Below, one piece after another: positions 24,801 through 36,832 of a stretch of DNA of 64,000 bases. Position 1 is the first letter of the stretch. Each line of letters begins with the position of its first letter. The notes below the pieces were generated by a model that saw only the letters and a program-made list of their open reading frames with translations, did not search any database and was not told the DNA's origin. Origin of the DNA: Lingula anatina (taxonomy: Eukaryota > Animalia > Brachiopoda); NCBI GenBank assembly GCA_051362555.1, contig CM120641.1, positions 28,154,401-28,218,400 of the forward strand, in the 5' to 3' direction. Made by a program: the position numbers and the translations under genes.

Positions 24801-27800
24801 ACCTGATATTAAGGCTTACAAACTGAAGTTTTTCCTTATTTCAGGGTTAAAGTTGTTACATGACCAGCTGACATATAAAAAACTATGTAACATCTTCAAT
24901 TCTTTATACAGATCATGGCCTACAGTACATATGGAACCACACAGTAGCAAAAGTGTCAAAGAAATCATAAGAACAGAACTGGCGGCAGTGGAGATCTCTC
25001 TGAATGCTGACCAGGAGAGCCAAGTCTTGACCCACTGCAGGACAGCGGCCACTTGCAACCCTCTCTATGTCATGCTGCTGGTCAGCGAACTTACAGGGTA
25101 AGCATGCTTTGTTACAGGGTGGCTCACAGGCTTAAGTACATTTGGATGTCTGTCTGTGATCAGATGGTTAGTATGCATGGGTGGTACAGGGTGGTTCAAA
25201 TAAGTTCAGTATGCATGTTGTCCACTGTATAAGACACATTACTCACAGGATTAAATTCCAGAGATTTCTGTGCCCTGTGGTTTTGGAAAGAAAAGTATAC
25301 TTTGAACTGATTGGCATTGTGCTGCTAATAGGCAAATTATGAATTGTTTTTTGAAGTATGTATGGTTCAAAAGTATCAAGTTACATATTCATAATAGATG
25401 ATGTACCCGTAGCTGCCACTGCATTTCTTTATTTAAGTTGCACTGATGAGGGTAGTCTAGATGACACATTGGAGTGGGTCCTGTCCACCAGTAGTGCCAC
25501 AGAGTTGTACCAGGTCACACTGGGTCACCTACAGCAGCAGTATGACAACAACTATGGCAGGGGGCTCTTCAAGAAGGTAATTCTAAAATTGTAGGGCAAC
25601 CATTTGTGTATTTCTTTACTAACTCTGTATTTTTACATTAGAAAATGTATGCAGTGGCAAAATCTACATTTGCATTTGGAAATTTATGTTATGACAAAGT
25701 CTTTTTTGGGGGGAGTTTGTTTACAGTCATAGTTAGATCTCATATTTTACTTAAAAAATTTAGGTAATGACATATATCAATTGAACATTTCTAGGTATAC
25801 TAGCAAAAATACTTTTGTCATGGTTGAAAATCTGGTAAAATTGCTATTAAAAAGCATAAAATCATAAAACAAATTTACTAAGATAAGGAGATGTCACTTT
25901 TAAAAACTGTATGCAGGTAATATTTCATAAACTAGGTGCTTCAGTTCATATATGCCAGCAGGAATGGCATGGGTGAGTGGGAGCTGATGGAACTTATCTC
26001 AGACCTCACCTGGAATAACTGGGTGGTCCTTTATAAAGACCTAGTGGACAGACAGGTGGTCACTCACAGAGGAGGAGTCTTGACCATTGTCCACGAGCAG
26101 GTAAGGTGAAGGGTGTGGTTGATATTATAATTACAGCAATAACCCAATCTTTTCAAAGGTGGAAAAGTGTGAATTTTACAAGTACTGTATTTTTAAGTCA
26201 TAATTTCTGAAAATTAGAACATTCCTATTGAGTCACATGGGTGGTAACAATAAAAGAAAATGCAAGAACTATATTATGTAGTTCTATTTTATGTAGTCAA
26301 GGCACCACAAATGCTATATAGAAATATAATTTTGTGATTAAAGATTATGTATCTGAAAGGTAGATAATTTTTGTCCATTGAAAAGATTGAGTCATTACTG
26401 TATATGTGCAATGCCAATGGAGGATCAAATTTTTTGCTTTGATTTCTCTGTCCATGAGTTGTTAATTAAATAATAAGTTTAAATCATATTTTGATCTCTC
26501 AACAAATATCTCTGAATTTGGTCCATGTTGAGGTACTGTTATTTTTTAAAGTTTATATACTTAAGTGTTAGTTTTTAATTTCTCTTTGTAGTTTTATTTT
26601 TTTGTATGTAAATGTAAACAGTGCTGAGATGCACGTGTAGCGCAGATTAAGAAATGCATTATAATTATTTTTATTACAAAGATGAGACAGAACACGTATG
26701 CAATAAATTCAGAGTAAGTGCATTAAAAACTAGACTTAAAAATTAAAAAATTCTGTTAAGCCTTGGTTCAGATCTCTACTTAACCATTCAATGCGTTTAT
26801 TTTATATTTTTTCATGTTTTAGGCTCGTGAGGCAGTCAAGGCCATGTTTTTTTCAGGAAGTGAGGAAAAGTCTCTAGATAAAACCAGAGAGGTTTTAATT
26901 GGTCATTTCTCAAAATGTTTAAAGTGAGTTGTATTTTTTTTTCTGCCAAATTTAGCTTTTGTACTGTAGAATTTCAGTTAGGATTAAAAATTTAATCAAT
27001 ACTTGTGGATTTTCCAAAAAGACATTTACATTTCATTACATGATTAAAATTATTCATCTTGCAACAAGTAGCCCTGATTTTATTTCTAATATTCAATAGT
27101 GAATTGGGTCCAAGCCTTATAATTTGTTGTTATTTTAAAATGTTTGAAATAAGCATGGTGTTTGTAATTAGTAAACAATTACCACACATCCAAGCAGTTG
27201 TTAGAAAACTGAACAAGTCTGATACTTTTTTCACCATTTCCAGACCAGGACAAGTGAACTTCAGAGTTGCTGATGAGTTGCCATGGTTGCTGAGACAAAA
27301 AGAAGATAAGCAAGCACTACAAGAATGTCTGTCCAATATCTGTGTTTTTCAGATGCTGTATGGAAGGTATGTGCTTGATTTCTGTAGAAAAAGATTTGTT
27401 TTGATTTTTTATTCTATGCTTGGAGCACCATTCCCCCTTGTAATTTACCCTCATGACTTCCTCTTGATGTTCACAAATTAATATATAGAAAGTTTGTCAT
27501 TGCAATTATTGAAGTTTGTTTCTTTTATATGTCTGAGAAAGATAGATTGACATTGTGATGTGATTGAATAGTTTGATGGATATGTGTGAAATTGATTTTG
27601 CATTGTTTCTTGTATAATATGTTAATTGTGTTTATATATATATATATATATATATATGCGTATCATTTCTAAAGAGACTAAACCTGTTTTTCACATTACA
27701 TCAGTCAGTCATGTTTTCACAGTGATGAATTGGTGAAACACTGTGTCTCAAAGGTAGAAGACACAATTTATCTTTTTAGAAACAATTTATTTTTTTTGTC

Positions 27801-30800
27801 CACATTAACTTAAAATTTAAGTATATCTGTGGCATTCCAGGGGTCACTGTGCCGAGATCCTGTCTCTCTGGCAGTATGTAGGAATGGACAGAACTGCCAT
27901 GGTCCAAGCTTATTTTGCCATGAACAAAAAGGTGGAAGAAAGTGAGTAAATTTTTTTTCACTAGCTTTAAACATCTTTTAAAAAGTGGAAATGTAAAAGG
28001 AGTGTGTTTATAGGTATGTTTATCTTATTATGTATTCAGAGAACAGGAGCAAATAGATTTTATGAATATTATATTGAACAATTAATCTAAATGAGAAGAG
28101 AGGTTGTTAAAAAATCGGTTGCATTAGGTTATCACTATCTCAGATCATCTTATCTAAACGGCACTAATTGATTTCAGTGGACATTCTAAATCTCACCAAA
28201 GTAGCAGACATGTATGAGACCTTGGGAAGGTTCTGCTGTGACCTGGGCCTACTGGAGCAAGCTTTAACTCCCCTACAGAGGGCGCTGGAGATCAGAGAGG
28301 GTGCTGACCCAGACCACCCCAGTGTGGCTCAGTCTCTCCATCATTTGGCTGGACTCCATGGTCAGTGGGGGAAGTATGCCACTGCGGAGGCTCTCTACAA
28401 GCAGGCTCTGGACATTAAGGAGAATGCCTTTGGGCCTGAGCATTACTCTGTGGCTGTGGAGCTGGACGCTCTTGCTGCACTGTACAGGAAACAGGACAAG
28501 TGAGTGACTTTTGATCAGACCAGAGTTACTAGACCTTTTAAATTTTCTAACTTTGATTAAACAATCAGCATCCTTTCTGCATCCTGTAGTACACTCTCGT
28601 TTGAGAGTATTAACATATATCAATTTTTTTATGTGCCGACAAATGGCCTATCATTGAGCATCCCTTCTGCAACCAAAGCGATGCTTGTACCTCCTTTCTA
28701 TGACCACAGCGATGCCAGTTTCATGGTCAGACTAAGGACTCAGAAAGGATGCTCTTCAGTATAAAGATGGTTTAATCAATGATGTTCTGTGAAAGCCTCT
28801 CTCTGAGTTCATTTCAGCCTTTAATCAACTGAAATTGGTGCATACCATTCTTTCCAACATTTAATATGTCTGGTTTGTTTTCAGGTTAGACCTTGCAGAA
28901 CCAGTGCACAAGAGAGCTGTTTCAATCAAATCGAAAACCAAAACATCAAGGATTGCTCCAGTTAGTTGAGCTTAAATAAGATGAATATACTGCATGCCAT
29001 AATATAAGAGTCAGAATTTGAAGTCCAGTATTTTTATTCAGAAAGTTGAGTCACCTTTCTTCCAAGATATAAATCAGTTATTGTACACAAACCACTTTTT
29101 ATTTAGATTATGACATTGACATTGAGAAGGTGGTCATTGATAATTACTCTTCTGCAACTGGTCACTTCAGAGTCCACTGAATGCTGGTGTCCAGAGAAAG
29201 AAGGCACTGAAGTTAGAGGACCTCACTATGAATGCAGACTCTCCTGAGCTGGCCAGGACACTGAATGAACTGGGAGTCCTATACTACTTGCAGAATAACC
29301 AGGAGTAAGTTGAACTGAAATTGTTTGAATGTGGGATGTCAGTTTTGTTAGGAAGTACAATGAAACAATGGCTTGCAGACATGCTGAAAGCTTTTCAGAA
29401 TGGCCGGACAATTGGACCGGCAGTAATGAAAAATTTGCCGGACCATATGGATTTTTACCGGACCGAAAATCACTCTATTCATTTGAGACAGATACTACGA
29501 TTAGGCAGCTTACTTTGTTTGTGAATGTGATTGGTTTGAAATCGAAGGAAAAAACGCTTTGGGTTTTATATAATTTTATTAGTGAAGTATGTCAAATGAT
29601 GACTGTAAATTCAAAATGGTGGTTCTTAAAACTATTGTCGGTCCTTTGGACCGACCAAGTCCAATTTTTACCAGTCCAGACAAATTTTGCAGGTCATGAG
29701 TTAGGCAGTTTCAGCATGTCTGTGCTTACAAATTTCAAGTTTGCTGTTAATGAAATGCTGACTGAAGAGTGAAGATCATTTTGTTGTATGTGTACATGCG
29801 TCCATGTGTGTGCGTTTTCAGGTTTTTTTTTTTTAAGTTGAATGTGCATCAGATGATTGTGTTTGTAAATATCCTGCTTATAAGAGTATCTATTACACAT
29901 GTTAGATATATTTCTTAAATGTTTGCTGATTTGCTTATAGGGCAGCAGAGTCATTTTTCAAGAAATCTCTGGCAATGAGAGAGGCCGTGTTGGGCAGCAG
30001 TCACACTGATGTAGCCCAGTCCCTGTACAATCTCGCTGGCCTGTACACTGATAGGAAGCAATATGATCTGGCAGAACCCCTCTATGAGAGAGCCCTGCAT
30101 ATCAGGAGACAGGTAATTTAAACCAAAGATAACTCTAATATGATAGGGAATGCAAGCGAGAGAGGTCATATGGAGAAAAAGTGTATTAGCCAGTTGGGTA
30201 ATGTGGATTGTTTTTAACTGTTTGAAGATGATCGTGTCAGTGTATCAAATATAAATTAATTTTTTCAGCCTGCTTTTAATATTTTTTATGTTATTTTCAG
30301 CATTTCCCAGCAGAACACCCTAATGTGGCATCTGTGGTGAAGCATTTAGTGGTGCTGTACAAGAAGCAGGTGGGTCTTGTGAAAAACAACTTAATGTAAA
30401 TGAATATTTGAAGATGCAGATATTCCTGTGTCCATGCATCTAGCTATCAGTAAAATTGGTCTGTGTTGTTATTGCCATACAGCACTGTTGTGTTGTATAT
30501 TTTCTTGTTACTTTCAACTGAATTCACAGATGACACTTTTACGATATGTTTGAATGACATTAGCTTAGGCTACTCATGGCACTCTTTAATAGATTAGAAG
30601 AAGCTGTCTTTGTTTTTAGATGTTGTCTTTGTATTTCTAAATTAAAAATAAAGACTTCATTAGGAAATATATGTACTGGAAGTTCATACTTAGTTTCAAA
30701 TGTGCCGTCAGTGATGCCAGTGAAGGTCCAAGATATGCACATTTATATTCAACATGTTATATGAAAGAATAGCCTCTGAAAATAAACAAACAAACAAACA

Positions 30801-33800
30801 AACAAAAAAAAAAACATAGTAGTAATGTGTTAAGAATTGTGTGCATAATAAGTTTTAGTAGCACTATTAGATGACTATGTGGATGGTGTTGTTTGTCACG
30901 GATTTCACAAAAGTCTAGGCATTGGCAACTGCAATTTCAGGACAAGATTGAGAAAGCTGAGCCCCTGTATGAAGAGACCATCCAGATGCGAGAGAGGTCT
31001 TTTGGTGTAAATCACCCATCAGTTGCCACAGCTCTGGTGAACTTAGCTGTTCTTCACTCACAACAGGTAAGTAAAAAAAATGAAGAATAGAACCTTAAAA
31101 AAGGAATTTTGTAAAGTGAGTGTACTTAGGTAATTTAATTGTACCACCAGCGTAGGCGCTGGCGGTACACATGGTTTTAGTCCCGACCCGTATGTTCCGC
31201 CGGCTCCTGCGGCTCCTGCGGCTCCGCCGCCAAGTCACCGTTACCGCTTCTCCTCCTAGACGGTAAGGGCCTCCATACCCATCTCTTGGATTTAGGTCAC
31301 CTATAATCTCAACTCGTTCCACGTAAAATTTGGGCTTTGTCGGTATTGGGGTCTAGGTGTGGCACTCATTGCAATGCACCCTTGTCCAAAAATGGCAAAA
31401 TTAAATGCTAATTATCTCCCCTACGGAAGGAAATATGGGAAAAATTTCTACAGACAGCTTTCCAAAAGTCATATGTGTAGATTTCATATATGCCCTTGGA
31501 TTTGACCTTTGACCTTTATTTCAAGGTCAAACAGGCCAAAATTTTCAAAAAAACAAAATTTTTGCCGAAAAAAAAATTATTTGCGGCCTTATTCAGATAC
31601 CACACAGACTTAACTAATAATATTAATGGAAATTGTTACCCTTCGGGTCATCTTTCATCTCCGTGAATTTGGGGTCAATCGGTGCATTTTCACGGGAGTA
31701 GCGGCCATAAGATATCGAAACTTAAAACTGTCTCTAATTTGGGAACCGTTAATGCTAGACACCCATTCTTTTTTGCATTTTGTAGAGCATGTAAAGCCCA
31801 ACACTGGAGGTGGTCTCCGTTTTTTTGTATTCCATACCGTTTTCGAGTTACGCTGTATCAAAAAGTACATATTGGTGGTGAAAGCAAAATGTGCAGTACG
31901 GTAATGGATAATAAATTTTGAACTCCGGAAAAATAAAACATAAGGCTTGGCAAAGCAGACAACTTGTGGTCAAAAATGACATTATTTCATCAAATTTGAA
32001 CATCTGGAACTTCAGAGCACCTCCCATTTCAAGAATTTTGACCAAAATGACCTTTTCTTTATTTTAATTAATTTTTTCTGTAGGAAATTTATGGCACATT
32101 ATGGTAACTCCAAAATTATAACATTTAGTCCCTTATATCTCCAAAACTGGCAGAGATAGGTCCATAGTTACTATTGAAGTTGAATAGGAAGTCATATACT
32201 GGCAATCTAAATGTGACCTTAAAATTGACCTTTGACCTACTTTTCACCATGAACTGAACTTTGCAAATTTTGCTTCCCTTTTATCTCCAAAACTGGCAGA
32301 GATAGGTCCATAGTTTCTATTGAACTTGAATAGGAAGTCATATACTGGCAATCTAAATGTGACCTTAAAATTGACCTTTGACCTACTTTTCACCATGAAC
32401 TGAACTTTGCAAATTTTGCTTCCCTTTTATCTCCAAAACTGGCAGAGATAGGTCCATAGTTACTATTGAAGTTGAATAGGAAGTCATATACTGGCAATCT
32501 AAATGTGACCTTAAAATTGACCTTTGACCTACTTTTCACCATGAACTGAACTTTGCAAATTTTGCTTCCCTTTTATCTCCAAAACTGGCAGAGATAGGTC
32601 CATGGTCTCTATTGAAGTTGAATAGGAAGTCATATACTGGCAATCTAAAAGTGACCTTAAAATTGACCTTTGACCTACTTTTCACCATGAACTGAACTTT
32701 GCATATTTTGCTTCTCCTTTATCTCCAAAACTGGCAGAGATAGGTCCATAGGTCCATAGTTACTATTGAACGTGAATAGGAAGTCATATACTGGCAATCT
32801 AAGTGTGACCTTGAAATTGACCTTTGACCTACTTATTATCATGAACTGAACTCTGCTAATTTCTTTTTCTTTTAACTCCAAACCTGGCAGAGATAGGCCC
32901 ATAGTTACTATTGAACTAGAATAGGAAGTCATATACTGGCAATTTACTGTGACCTTGGAATTGACCTTTGACCTACCTTACGATGAACTTAACTTTGATT
33001 GTACCATTTTTAGTTATATATATATTTTTTGCATATTTTGAAAATTCTTGTTGACTGAATTTTTACAGCTTGGCAAGCACAAGACTGGTGGCTGTGTTCC
33101 TTATTTTGTATATGTGGGGGTCTATACGAATGCGCTTGCTCCAGCTGGTGGTACAATATTCGGAGGCGGTATCGCCTCTCTGATCCTCTAGTTTTTTTTA
33201 TAGAATTGTTGCAGTAATCATAATTGACTTGTTTTATTTTGGCAAGGTTAGCATTTAAATCTATTTGAAATGAAAATTTAGAATTAATTACAAAATTAAT
33301 TTAAACAGGCTGATATTGTTTGCACTGCATTTTCTTCCCGATGCCCTCACTCTTCTTTCTAATAACTAACCATTTTTATGTAACTTTCAGAATAAGTACG
33401 ATGCTGCACTGCCTCTGTATGAGAGAGCACTCAGCATTTATGAGCAAAGTTTGGGTTTGACACACCCAAGGGTGGCAGAAACTCTCAGGAATCTCGCAAA
33501 ATTAAGATATGATCAGGTAAATTCTAATAACTCAGTCTCTTCCCCACTATTCCTCCTCAACAGCAAAGCCCTAAGCATCCTAGCTAGTTGTAGTGAGTAG
33601 TCACTTTTGGGCGAACTTATTTTCAGAAGACGCTGTGTGGAATTTTATGTCCGATGGACATATAAAGATCTAACAATTCGTCACATTATTTAAAAAAAAA
33701 TACATCTTTGCACAGCAGTCGTAGATCGGTACGATTCAGTTGTTTGTTACGAATTACTTCCTGGTTTTCACAAGGTCCCTCAAGAACTCTAAAACATCAT

Positions 33801-35270
33801 TATAATTGCAGCACATACAATAAAGCACCCAAATATACTTAGATATGGACACATCAGATTATATAAATGTCAAAATTCTAAATGACAACGATTTACAGCC
33901 TCCCGGGAATTCCTTTCCCTTTACGCTCTTTGTCGTGCTGGCGGTCCACGCAGCATGTATTTCAAAACAAGTTGTCTGCAAATTAACCACGATTTTGCAC
34001 CTTCAAGTTCCGTGTCACGTTTTCATATCATGTGCCTATTATTTCTACAAGTATTCTCTGCCCAAAATGCGTAAAGAAGAAATGTCATCTTACCATGTTG
34101 TTTGAAAAACTGCTTTTTTCTCAGAGTCCATTTCTTCTCTCCCGTTTACCTCCACCTAAAAATGACCACTCAGCTTTACATCTTACACCACTACACGTCA
34201 CTTCCGGCACAATTCTGACCAATGCTGATCTTCTCCGGTACCCTTTATTAAATGTTTCAAACACTGCACAAATTTGAAAATAAGTTTTGGGTGAAAAGCT
34301 ATATCTATACACATTAACAATATCTGTCAATTTTTCTCATAGAAAAGTTTTGTATCATTGCACAGAAGCAACAAATGTTTGTTTTCTTGCCCTTTAAATT
34401 TATACTGCAAAGGATAAAACTACAGGGTTGTCAGCTACCACTCAATAATAATTTTCTTATTTAAAGAATTAATGGGAAAAAAAACAGTGTATGTAAAATT
34501 CCAAATTTTTCCCATTAGAAGATTGAGTCAATACCATGTCTCAGCATGTAGCCCAACACCTATCTGAATCAGTAAACCTACTTAACTGACTAGTGGGCTT
34601 TTATCTGTATTTTTTTCTTTGCTGAACTAAAATAAGATTGTCATAATGCAATTTACTTTGTTTACTTCAGGGAGATTTCGAAACAGCAGCCAAGCTGTAC
34701 AAGAGAGCCACTGAAATTAAGGAAGGAGAAATGCTGAAAGGTTCAGGAAGAAGTTCCAGTGAGGAAACTGCATCAACCATGAAAAATGGGGTGCAGAGGT
34801 AGTTTAGTCATATTTGCAATATTACAACTGCAATACCGAACTGCTGGTAAAGTACATCACTGCATCAATGCTGTCTGTGTAACTATAATTAATGTTGGAT
34901 TATGGGACACTTGTCCGCTCTCACTCAAATCAAAAAAAGCCATCAGTCATTGTAAATGGCTGTTGCCCATGTTGCGCAATCCTGGGACAGGAATTCGAAG
35001 ACTGATGCATGTTGGGGCGCTCTTGGATGAGCTCATGACTGGGTGACTTGAACCTACTTTTCAAGGTCATAGTTTTGCTGCTGATCACATTTTCTATGCA
35101 GAGATCTTCTTGCTCATCAAAATCTTAAATTGATGACAGGTGTTTTTATTCTTAAAGAAACATGCATGACATCCATGATTTACACACTACCTAACAGGCT
35201 TATTTGATATTTCAGCAAACATGGAGTTATGCAACAAAGTCGTTTGTCATCGCAATCAGGCACTGCTTAG
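16776..35270 (+). CDS. NPHP3: Nephrocystin-3 (multi-exon)
   Basis: N-terminal MGTGSS myristoylation motif; coiled coil [23 protein letters not shown]; P-loop [16 protein letters not shown] (~21270); HFVG and LKWLLDPLP motifs; C-terminal TPRs ([42 protein letters not shown]). Exons with GT-AG boundaries, e.g. 16776-17213, 17481-17628, 17844-17996, 18197-18330. Stop at 35270, or near 34802 if the last intron is retained. Confidence 0.92.
19762..19928. mobile_element. MITE, CAGGGGCGGAT TIRs, 5-bp TSD (hAT5-like), copy 2, in an NPHP3 intron
   Basis: Same family as 13953-14121, with TGTTT on both sides. Confidence 0.9.
21652..23560 (+). mobile_element. Non-autonomous Helentron/Helitron2-like (HINE) element with internal ~146-bp tandem array, copy 1
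   Basis: 5' GTACCACCAGC with adjacent palindromic partner; CGGCTCC(TG/GC) mini-repeats; about five 146-bp units (~22450-23180); 3' GCTGGTGGTAC (23513-23523); hairpin AGAGGCG-GTAT-CGCCTCT; CTAG end followed by TT. Confidence 0.8.
27634..27657. repeat. (TA)n microsatellite
   Basis: Seen directly. Confidence 0.9.
29376..29722. mobile_element. hAT-like MITE in an NPHP3 intron
   Basis: 14-bp TIR CAGACATGCTGAAA...TTTCAGCATGTCTG, subterminal (C)CGGACC/GGTCC repeats, imperfect 6-bp flanks GGCTTG/TGCTTA. Confidence 0.75.
31139..33191 (+). mobile_element. Non-autonomous Helentron/Helitron2-like (HINE) element with internal ~146-bp tandem array, copy 2
   Basis: Same termini, GC mini-repeat, 3' GCTGGTGGTAC (33144-33154), hairpin and CTAG/T-run as copy 1. 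About six units at ~32127-32998. Confidence 0.8.
33598..34301. mobile_element. Probable degenerate TIR element in an NPHP3 intron
   Basis: CpG-richer block. AACTTATTTTCA near the left end is inverted as TGAAAATAAGTT near the right end. No clear TSD. Confidence 0.35.
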
Positions 35271-36832
35271 AAATATAAAAGCTGTGGCATTCCATGGTTC
35301 CTGTTAATTTTCATTATCATATGCTCTTAGAAATGCTGCAGAAATGATAACCCACCAGTATAAAAAATATCCTTTTTATTTTTCTTCTGATCTGGTTGCC
35401 TCTGTTGTTTTAAAAAATTTACAATGTTTTATATTACTGAGTATTTTTTAAGATAATAAATTACCATTCACATGAAATGAACCTTTTTGCGAAGTTGCTC
35501 CCATTGATTTTTTTTCTACTTGCTCATTTCAAGACGGTGTTAACTGGCAGTTTATAATAAAAAGGGGAATCATGCGTATTCGTCTTGTTTTAACCATTTA
35601 AAAGAAAGCTCAGTGATTTACATTGGCTCTTTGTATGTATTTTAATTATGACTCGGACAGGGAAGGAATTAAATGCATTTGCTGCCTTCATTGATTTTCT
35701 ATTTTCAGTTTAGACTTGAACAAATTATGTGAAAAAATCCCCGAAGTTTGCCTTTTTTATATCAACCTGTAAAGCTTTCACATAATTAAGAGAAAAATGT
35801 GGTTTTGGCTCATTGTCAAAAATTTAACATCAATAACTATCCTATAAATAATCCCAATTTTTAATTAGGCCATTCTTTTACCAAACAGTAAAAACATACA
35901 AAGAACTTTATTGCAGGTCTTTATTGCATTTATCATCACCTTAAAACATTAGAATACTAACAGTGACTTTCTTTTACATAGCATGTGCTTCTTCACCATT
36001 ATGTTAGTGAAAATTAATTGGGCATGTTGTTAACAAAGGCAAGCTTACAGTTGAGTGTAATTAAAAGTCACAAGGATGCGAAAAATTAAAATGTCTTATT
36101 CTTTCTCAAAATTGTTAACTTCCTACAACTACGCGTACTACTACTGATGATTGTACTGGCATTTTATGGCATACCTTACCAACATTTTCAACAATAAACT
36201 GGTCATAAATAAATACTTGAATAACCACGAAAAAAGTTCAAGGTCAATTAGTACTAATATGATAAATGAGGATGCTGACATTCACCAATTATATGAAAAT
36301 GGTATAAATAGTACAATTTAAAACTTTGCTAATACACAGGCACAAGTTAAAATTGTGATATACAACACTAGTCAACTTTGAAATCATAAATAAAATCCAT
36401 TACATAGTATGAGTTCACTAATGAAGTTGATGAAAATGAGTTACAATCTACCAACTTTCCAAAAAACGTAGCATTCAATGCTACATGTTGAACAAATCAC
36501 AGATGTTAGACGGTAAAAACAGCATTTTATGCTTCTCCCTTTTTTATGCTTTACAATGCGGTGTTGAACAGCCATGCAAATGGTACCATTGTAATTTAAC
36601 CATATCCTTCAAGCACACAAATATTGAGTGAAAACCATGGTGCATTTTGACAAAAATACAAAAAACAAATTTAGTAAAATAATTTTCCCAATGTTTGTTA
36701 TTAAGGGAAATTCTAATCTCAACAAATAGGCAGCATTTAAGACAATCCTTGTGAAAATGGATATATCACTAATATTTCAGACTTCCAGTTCATCTAATTA
36801 GTCCAACCTGGTGGGCATACCAGGCAACACAT

